Assembly (NCBI GenBank): GCA_965277345.1
Contig: CBDICI010000002.1
Coordinates: 208,055 to 272,054 of the forward strand
Reading direction: 5' to 3'
DNA: 64,000 nucleotides
Origin: Caulobacteraceae bacterium
GTDB lineage: Bacteria > Pseudomonadota > Alphaproteobacteria > Caulobacterales > Caulobacteraceae
The notes beneath the pieces are model-generated. The model made no database searches. It saw only the letters and a list, made by a program, of their open reading frames with translations, and was not told where the DNA came from. Shown piece by piece: positions 57,757 through 64,000 of the stretch. The number at the start of each line of letters is the position of its first letter. Position 1 is the first letter of the stretch. A program made the translations under genes and the position numbers.

Positions 57757-58890
57757 ATGAAGCATGGCTGGATCGCGGCGCTGGTTCTGGGGCTCGCCCT
57801 GCCCGCCCTGGCGCAGGATCGCACCGCCGCCCTGTTGGCGGCCCTGTCGAACGCGCCGGGACCCTCGGGCTTCGAGGAGCCGGTGCGCAAGATCATGGTG
57901 GGCGAGCTGCGGCCGCTGTCCGAGACCCTGCGCTATGACGGGCTGGGCTCGGTGATCGCCACGCAGGGGTCGTCGGGTCCCCGCATCATGATCGACGCCC
58001 ACATGGACGAGCTCGGCGGCATGGTGCGGCGGGTGACGCCCGACGGCTTCTTGTCCATGCAGATGCTGGGCGGCTGGCTCGATCAGGCGCTGGTGGGCCA
58101 GCGCTGGACCATCATCGGCCGCAAGGGACCGGTGCACGCCGTCACCGGCATCCGCGACATCCACGTCCTGCCGGCGGAGGATCGCACCAAGGCCTTCCCC
58201 CGCGATTCGGTGTTCCTCGACCTCGGCGCGCGGACCGCCAAGGAGGTGGAGGCGCTGGGCGTCTCTCCCGGCGATCCGGTGGTTCCCGACTCCCCGTTTC
58301 AGGAATTGAACGGCACGGGCGCCTATCTCGGCAAGGCCTGGGACGACCGGGTCGGCTGCGCGGTGCTGGTGGAGGCCATGCGCCGCACCGCCAGGACCGC
58401 CCACGCCAACCAGTTGTTCTACGTGGCCACGGTGCAGGAGGAGGTTGGCCTACGCGGCGCGCAGTCCTCCGCCGCCCTGGTCAGGCCCGATGTGGCCATC
58501 GCCATCGAGGGCGGGGTGGCGGGCGATGCGCCGGGCGCCCGGCCCGAGGAGACCCAGGCCCGGCTCGGCGGCGGCCCCGGCATATTCCTGTACGATTCCA
58601 GCGCCCTGCCCAACCGGCGCTTCGTCGATCTGGTCAAGCGCGTGGCGCGGGAGCATGGCATCCCCCTGCAGCTCGACCTGGTGCAGGGCTATGGCGACGA
58701 CTCCGCCGAAATCCAGCGCAGCAACGGCGGCGCGCCGACCGTGAACCTGGTGGTGCCGGTGCGCTATACCCACGTCCACAACGGCGTGATGACCCGCGCC
58801 GACTTCGACCGCATGGTCGATCTCGTGGTCGGCCTGCTGACCCGGCTGGACGCCCCCACCGTCGCCCACCTGCGGGACTTCGAACCGTAG
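57757..58890 (+). CDS. M42-family metallopeptidase with N-terminal signal peptide
   Basis: ATG 57757 lies 5 nt after GGAGG. The signal peptide is LALPALA-Q. M42 motifs are present (APGPSGFEEPV, DAHMDELG, VQEEVGLRGA). Confidence 0.85.
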   Translation: MKHGWIAALVLGLALPALAQDRTAALLAALSNAPGPSGFEEPVRKIMVGELRPLSETLRYDGLGSVIATQGSSGPRIMIDAHMDELGGMVRRVTPDGFLSMQMLGGWLDQALVGQRWTIIGRKGPVHAVTGIRDIHVLPAEDRTKAFPRDSVFLDLGARTAKEVEALGVSPGDPVVPDSPFQELNGTGAYLGKAWDDRVGCAVLVEAMRRTARTAHANQLFYVATVQEEVGLRGAQSSAALVRPDVAIAIEGGVAGDAPGARPEETQARLGGGPGIFLYDSSALPNRRFVDLVKRVAREHGIPLQLDLVQGYGDDSAEIQRSNGGAPTVNLVVPVRYTHVHNGVMTRADFDRMVDLVVGLLTRLDAPTVAHLRDFEP

Positions 58891-59004
58891 GGGCGTGGTC
58901 CTCCGCCCCGGTTTAAGGACTGAGGCGCTGGTTGGTCGCGCCGCCCTAGCCTTCGGCCTCATCCTGATGAGGCGAATAGATGCGGTGGCCTGCTCAAGAA
59001 CGAT

Positions 59005-59613
59005 TCAGCGCTTCAGCAGCTCGTCCGACTTGGCGTTGATCTTGCGGATCAGTTCGCTCGCGCCGCCGGGGGTGGCGGTGGCGGTGAAGTCGGAGCGTTG
59101 GGCGGTGAGCTGGCTGACCGCGCCGAAATAGACGTCGATCACCTTCCACGTGCCGCCGGCCTCGCGCATCCGGTAGTTCAGGTCCATCGGCTCGCCGTGG
59201 GCGGGGACGATCTGGCTGCGCACCAGCTTGTCGGGGCCCCGGGTCTGCACCGTGGGGCTGACCTTGAACTGTTCGCCGTCATAGCTGGCGAAGTTGTGGG
59301 CGAGGTTGGCGGCGGTCAGCCGCGCGAAGGCCCGGGTCAGCGCTGCCCGTTCCGCCGGCGTATAGCCCGCGAAGGCGGAGCCCACCGCGAAGCGGGTCAT
59401 GGTCGGAATATCGAAGGTGCGGTCCACCACGGGCACGAGCCGCGCATAGCGGGCCTCCGCGCCGCTCTTGCCGGCCTTCATCGCCTCCACCAGGGCGCCG
59501 TCGAAGCTGTCGATGGTGGCGATGGCCGGGTCGCTCGCCTGCGCCCGCACGGCCGGCGGTGCGGCGAAGAGGACGCCGCACATCAAAGCGAGGTTCAGAT
59601 AGGTCTTCCCCAT
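59005..59613 (-). CDS. MlaC/Ttg2D-family periplasmic lipid-binding protein (HpnM-like)
   Basis: The signal peptide is PPAVRA-Q. A Ttg2D-like pattern is present (FDIPTMTRFAVG, WKVIDVYFGAVSQL). The gene starts 2 nt after the dxs stop. Confidence 0.72.
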   Translation of the reverse strand: MGKTYLNLALMCGVLFAAPPAVRAQASDPAIATIDSFDGALVEAMKAGKSGAEARYARLVPVVDRTFDIPTMTRFAVGSAFAGYTPAERAALTRAFARLTAANLAHNFASYDGEQFKVSPTVQTRGPDKLVRSQIVPAHGEPMDLNYRMREAGGTWKVIDVYFGAVSQLTAQRSDFTATATPGGASELIRKINAKSDELLKR

Positions 59614-59615
59614 GA

Positions 59616-61517
59616 TCAGGCGCTCAACCGCAGACTGGCCTGGACAACGCGCACGATATCGGCGGCGTTCAATCCGGCCACGTCATACTGCTTGAACTGG
59701 TCGTCATGGTCCTGGAACACGTCGGGCAGGGTCAGGGTGCGCAGGCGCAGGCCCGGCCGGATGAGGTCCTGATTGGCCAGATAGGTGGCCACATGGCTGC
59801 CGAAGCCGCCGCGCGCGCCCTCCTCCACCGTGACCAGCACGTCGTGGCTGCGCGCCAGGCGGGCCACCAGCGCCTCGTCGATCGGCTTGGCGAAGCGGGC
59901 GTCGGCCACGGTGCAACCGATGCCGCGCGTGGCCAGGTAGTCGGCGGCGGCGAGCGCGGCGCCGAGCCGCGTGCCGAGGCTGAGGATGGCCACATCGGCC
60001 CCCTCGCGCACCACCCGGCCCTTGCCCACCGCCAGCACCTCGCCCCGCTTCGGCAACGGCGCGCCGACGCCCTCGCCCCGCGGATAGCGGAAGGCGAAGG
60101 GCCCGGTATCGTGGGCGGCGGCGGTGGCCACGGCGTGCACCAGTTCCGCCTCGTCCGCCGGCGCCATCACCGTCATGTTGGGCAGGCAGGTGAGATAGGC
60201 GAGGTCGAAACTGCCCGCATGGGTGGCGCCGTCCGCCCCCACCAGCCCGGCCCGGTCCATGGCGAAGCGCACCGGCAGGTTCTGGATCGCCACGTCGTGC
60301 ACCACCTGGTCGTAGGCGCGCTGCAGGAAGGTGGAGTAGATGGCGCAGAACGGCTTGAACCCCTCCGCCGCCAGGCCGGCGGCGAAGGTCACCGCGTGCT
60401 GCTCGGCGATGCCCACATCGAAGCTGCGCTCGGGAAAGGCCTTGGCGAAGGCGTCCAGCCCGGTGCCGGAGGGCATGGCGGCGGTGATGGCGACGATCCT
60501 GGGGTCGGCCTGGGCCTCGGCGATCAGGCTGTCGGCGAACACCCTGGTATAGCTCGGCGCGCCGGGCGCGCCCTTGGCCTGCACGCCGGTGGAGACATCG
60601 AACTTGCCCACCGCGTGCAGCCGGTCGGCCGACCCTTCCGCCGGCTTGTAGCCAAAGCCCTTCTGGGTGCGCACGTGCAGCAGCACCGGGCCGTGGCTGT
60701 TGTCGTCGCGGATGGCCTCCAGCAGCGGCACGAGCACGTCGAGGTCGTGCCCGTCCACGGGGCCGAGATAGAGGAAACCCATCTTCTCGAACAGGGTCGC
60801 GGCGGCCGCCGAGCCGTCGGCGATCTTGCCCGCCCGCGCCGTCGCCTCGGCCAGGTTGGAGGGCCGGCGCACCTCGGCATAGGCCTCGGCGCCGTGCAGC
60901 CGGGTCAGATAGGTGGAGAGGGCCCCCACCGGCGGGGCGATGGACATGTCGTTGTCGTTCAGGATCACCAGCAGCCGGCTGTCGGAGGCGCCGGCATTGT
61001 TCATCGCCTCATAGGCCATGCCGGCGGTGATGGCGCCGTCGCCGATCACGGCGACCACGTGATGGTCCCCCCCCGCCAGATCGCGCGCCACGGCCATGCC
61101 GAAGCCGGCCGAGATGGAGGTGGAGGAGTGGGCGGCGCCGAAAGGATCGTACTCGCTCTCGGTGCGCTTGGTGAAGCCGCTGAGCCCGCCGCCCTTGCGC
61201 AGGGTGCGGATGCGGTCGCGCCGGCCGGTGAGGATCTTGTGCGGATAGGCCTGATGGCCCACGTCCCAGATCAGCCGGTCCCTCGGCGTATCGAACACGT
61301 AGTGGAGCGCGGTGGTCAGCTCCACCACGCCGAGACCGGCGCCGAGATGGCCGCCCGTCACCGAAACGGCGGAAAGCGTCTCCTGACGCAGTTCATCCGC
61401 CACCTGCCGCAGCCGCGCGGGATCCAGACGCCGCAGATCGGCGGGCGTCCTCAGCGTGTCGAGGAGCGGGGTGGTCGAGACGATGGTCGCAGACGTATTC
61501 AAAAACCCAATCCCCAA
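59616..61517 (-). CDS. dxs: 1-deoxy-D-xylulose-5-phosphate synthase
   Basis: Dxs motifs run throughout ([27 protein letters not shown], transketolase-like domains). Length is 633 aa. Confidence 0.97.
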   Translation of the reverse strand: MGIGFLNTSATIVSTTPLLDTLRTPADLRRLDPARLRQVADELRQETLSAVSVTGGHLGAGLGVVELTTALHYVFDTPRDRLIWDVGHQAYPHKILTGRRDRIRTLRKGGGLSGFTKRTESEYDPFGAAHSSTSISAGFGMAVARDLAGGDHHVVAVIGDGAITAGMAYEAMNNAGASDSRLLVILNDNDMSIAPPVGALSTYLTRLHGAEAYAEVRRPSNLAEATARAGKIADGSAAAATLFEKMGFLYLGPVDGHDLDVLVPLLEAIRDDNSHGPVLLHVRTQKGFGYKPAEGSADRLHAVGKFDVSTGVQAKGAPGAPSYTRVFADSLIAEAQADPRIVAITAAMPSGTGLDAFAKAFPERSFDVGIAEQHAVTFAAGLAAEGFKPFCAIYSTFLQRAYDQVVHDVAIQNLPVRFAMDRAGLVGADGATHAGSFDLAYLTCLPNMTVMAPADEAELVHAVATAAAHDTGPFAFRYPRGEGVGAPLPKRGEVLAVGKGRVVREGADVAILSLGTRLGAALAAADYLATRGIGCTVADARFAKPIDEALVARLARSHDVLVTVEEGARGGFGSHVATYLANQDLIRPGLRLRTLTLPDVFQDHDDQFKQYDVAGLNAADIVRVVQASLRLSA

Positions 61518-61543
61518 GCCTGACGCATTTGTAGCGCCTTTTT

Positions 61544-62470
61544 TTAGGACGACCGGCCGAGCAGATAGAACGGCAGGGCGCGTAATTCATCCGCCGCCGG
61601 ACCGAAGCTCGTCAAGGCGTCCGCGGCGCTGCCGGCCAGATCGTCGGCGCGGCGGCGGGCGCCCTCGACGCCCCACAGCCCGATCAGGGTCGCCTTGCCC
61701 TGCGCCGCGTCCTTGCCCACCGCCTTGCCGGCGGCGGCGGCGTCGCCCGTGGCGTCGATCAGGTCGTCGGCGATCTGGAAGGCCAGGCCCATGTCGCGGG
61801 CGAAGCGGCGCAGGCGCTGGTGGGCCTCCGCATCGGCCTGCGCCAAGATGGCGCCCGCCTCGGCGGCGAACTCGAACAGGGCGCCGGTCTTCAGGCGCTG
61901 GAGCAGGATGATCTCGGCCTCGTCATAGGCGCGGCCCGGCGCCTCGATGTCCATCATCTGCCCACCGATCATGCCCTGGCCGCCCGCCGCCTGCGCCAGA
62001 CGCGACACCAGATGGGCCCGCACCTCGCCCGAGGGGTGGGTCTCGCCATCGGCCAGGATTTCGAAGGCCAGGGTGAGCAGGCCGTCGCCGGCCAGGACCG
62101 CCGTGGCCTCGTCGAACTGGCGATGGGTGGTGGGCCGGCCGCGGCGCAGGTCGTCATCGTCCATGCAGGGCAGGTCGTCGTGCACCAGCGAATAGGTGTG
62201 CACCGCCTCGATGGCGGCGGCGGCGCGCAGGGCGCGCGCCTCGGGCACGTCGAACAGCCGCGCCCCGGCGACCACCAGATAGGGCCGCAGGCGCTTGCCG
62301 CCGGCGAAGGTGGCGTAGCGCATGGCCTCCAGCACCCGGGCGTGGCGGCCCGTGGGCTGCGCCAGCACGCGCTCCAGCACCCGCTCCACCGCGCTCGCCG
62401 CCGCGCTCAGCCCCTCGGCCACGGTGCGGCGCGTGGGGGTCGTCGGGGCGGCCATGGCGATATCGGTCAT
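61544..62470 (-). CDS. ispA: Polyprenyl (farnesyl/geranylgeranyl) diphosphate synthase
   Basis: ATG 62470 is the start. [21 protein letters not shown] and [13 protein letters not shown] are present. Confidence 0.9.
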   Translation of the reverse strand: MTDIAMAAPTTPTRRTVAEGLSAAASAVERVLERVLAQPTGRHARVLEAMRYATFAGGKRLRPYLVVAGARLFDVPEARALRAAAAIEAVHTYSLVHDDLPCMDDDDLRRGRPTTHRQFDEATAVLAGDGLLTLAFEILADGETHPSGEVRAHLVSRLAQAAGGQGMIGGQMMDIEAPGRAYDEAEIILLQRLKTGALFEFAAEAGAILAQADAEAHQRLRRFARDMGLAFQIADDLIDATGDAAAAGKAVGKDAAQGKATLIGLWGVEGARRRADDLAGSAADALTSFGPAADELRALPFYLLGRSS

Positions 62471-62477
62471 TCGGACT

Positions 62478-63641
62478 CTATTCCGCAGCGACCGGGGTCG
62501 GGGTTTCGCCCGGCGCGGCGGCTTCGATCTCCCGCGCCTTGCGTTCCACCAGTTCGACGATGTGTTCGACCATGTCGCGCTCGCCGAGCTTGTGGTCGGC
62601 CTTGCCCGCCAGATAGACCATGCCGGTGCCCTTGCCCGACCCGCCGCCGGTGAAGCCCACATCGGTCATCAGGGCCTCGCCCGGGCCATTCACCACGCAG
62701 CCGATGATCGAGAGGCTGATCGGCGTCGAGACGTGCGCCAGCCGCCGCTCCAGCGTCTCCACCGTGCGGATCACGTCATAGCCCTGCCGCGCGCAGGAGG
62801 GACAGGCGATGATGTTCACCCCCCGATGGCGCAGGCCGAGCGACTTCAGCATGTCGAAGCCGACCTTGATCTCCTCCTCGGGTTCGGCGGCCAGCGAAAC
62901 CCGGATGGTGTCGCCGATCCCCGCCCACAGCAGCGCGCCCATGCCGATGGAGGACTTCACCGTGCCCGTGCGCAGCGCCCCCGCCTCGGTGATGCCGAGG
63001 TGCAGCGGACAGTCCACCACCTCGGCCAGTTGCTGATAGGCCGCCACGGTCATGAAGATGTCCGAGGCCTTCACGCTGATCTTGTATTCGTGGAAGTCCA
63101 GGTCCTGCAGGATGCGCGCGTGATAGAGGGCGCTCTCCACCATGGCGTCGGGGCAGGGCTCGCCGTACTTCTCCAGCAGGTCGCGCTCCAGCGAGCCGGC
63201 ATTGACCCCGATCCGCATCGAGCAGCCGTGGTCGCGCGCCGCCTGCACCACATCGCGCACGCGGTCCTTCGAGCCGATATTGCCGGGATTGATGCGCAGG
63301 CACGCCGCCCCCGCCTTGGCCGCCTCGATGCCGCGCTTGTAGTGGAAGTGGATGTCCGCCACGAGGGGGACCTTGCTCTCCCGCGCGATGGTGGCGAAGG
63401 CCCTGGTCGAGTCCTCGTCCGGGCAGGACACCCGCACGATGTCGGCGCCCGCTTCCTCCAGCCGGCGGATCTGGTCGATCGTGGCCGCGGCGTCCGCCGT
63501 CAGGGTGTTGGTCATCGACTGCACCGTGATCGGCGCATCGCCGCCGACCTCCACGGAGCCCACGCGGATCTTGCGCGATACCCGCCGATCGATCCGGCGC
63601 CACGGACGATGATGCGATGGATCAGTGCTCATGGCGGGCAA
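62478..63641 (-). CDS. ispG: 4-hydroxy-3-methylbut-2-en-1-yl diphosphate synthase
   Basis: GcpE motifs are present ([23 protein letters not shown]...GCVVNGPGE). Confidence 0.97.
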   Translation of the reverse strand: MPAMSTDPSHHRPWRRIDRRVSRKIRVGSVEVGGDAPITVQSMTNTLTADAAATIDQIRRLEEAGADIVRVSCPDEDSTRAFATIARESKVPLVADIHFHYKRGIEAAKAGAACLRINPGNIGSKDRVRDVVQAARDHGCSMRIGVNAGSLERDLLEKYGEPCPDAMVESALYHARILQDLDFHEYKISVKASDIFMTVAAYQQLAEVVDCPLHLGITEAGALRTGTVKSSIGMGALLWAGIGDTIRVSLAAEPEEEIKVGFDMLKSLGLRHRGVNIIACPSCARQGYDVIRTVETLERRLAHVSTPISLSIIGCVVNGPGEALMTDVGFTGGGSGKGTGMVYLAGKADHKLGERDMVEHIVELVERKAREIEAAAPGETPTPVAAE

Positions 63642-63680
63642 GATAGGGGCAAAGCGCCCCGCTCGCCATGGGCAAGCCGA

Positions 63681-64000
63681 CTAGTTCTGGCGCTGTGGAT
63701 AGTAGGCCACATCGCCCTGCGGCGGCGCGCCGCGCGGCTGGGGGTCGGCATAGTCGCCCTCGGCCGGCGGCGGGACTGCGCGCGGACGCGCCGCCGGCGG
63801 GCGATGCACCGCCGCGTGGATCGGCGCCGCCGGCGTGGGCGAGGTCGCGGCCGAGGTCGCGGCGGGGCGGACGGCCAGCTTGTCGAGCGCGGTCTGCTGG
63901 GAGACCAGCGCGCCCTTGTTGTCGCCGGCGACGTAGAGGACGAAGGCGACGGGATCGACCACCTCGGCGCTCAGCCCCTCGCCGGCCGGGGCGCGGAAGG
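63681..64000 (-). CDS. C-terminal part of a hypothetical protein with proline-rich tail (5' end outside window)
   Basis: The frame stays open from the window edge (FRAPAGEGLSAEVVDPVAFVLYVAGDNKG...). The tail is rich in P and A. I recognise no family. Confidence 0.45.
   Translation of the reverse strand, partial: FRAPAGEGLSAEVVDPVAFVLYVAGDNKGALVSQQTALDKLAVRPAATSAATSPTPAAPIHAAVHRPPAARPRAVPPPAEGDYADPQPRGAPPQGDVAYYPQRQN

Noticed and set aside
63681-64000. RodZ-like (DUF4115) identity for the partial gene upstream of ispG, by analogy with enterobacterial rodZ-ispG
   Set aside because: The visible C-terminal sequence does not resemble the DUF4115 pattern I recall. It is only a Pro/Ala-rich tail, so it is left as hypothetical.

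Overview
High-GC alphaproteobacterial chromosomal segment. The alphaproteobacterial call rests on the CcrM GANTC methyltransferase, efp/epmA/epmB, MEP-pathway genes and Rhizobiales/Hyphomicrobiales-style intergenic repeat families. I call about 58 protein genes, 2 tRNAs (Gln-UUG, Pro-CGG), 1 pseudogene and several repeat or hairpin elements. I saw no rRNA, CRISPR array, transposase, integrase or phage genes. Most of the window is housekeeping: aroC, pdxH, udk, pyrC, tag, rnhB, ccrM, efp, dxs, ispA, ispG and sppA. An OmpR-type two-component system sits next to an RND efflux operon. The accessory-looking part is about 7.9-23 kb, ending at a tRNA pair. It holds (i) a translationally coupled minus-strand envelope operon, DUF1254-DUF1214-DUF3604-sORF-parvulin PPIase-three HupE/UreJ paralogues. 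It also holds (ii) a divergent TonB-dependent receptor heading a SnoaL-SDR-GPH symporter-degenerate M28/PA-like cluster, followed by a fused double-TetR regulator. I rate this uncharacterised TonB-linked module as the best candidate for a new system. Other notable items: a secreted protein built from five 4-Cys repeats; a ~105-bp double-hairpin repeat family (2 copies); a palindromic CTGTCATCCCGG repeat family; a GIY-YIG nuclease gene inactivated by a perfect 19-bp tandem duplication; and an MlaC/HpnM-like lipid-binding gene coupled to ispG-ispA-dxs. Limits: start codons were chosen by eye (RBS, overlaps, signal peptides). Family and DUF assignments come from recognised sequence signatures, not searches. 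Compositional statements are visual, not computed.
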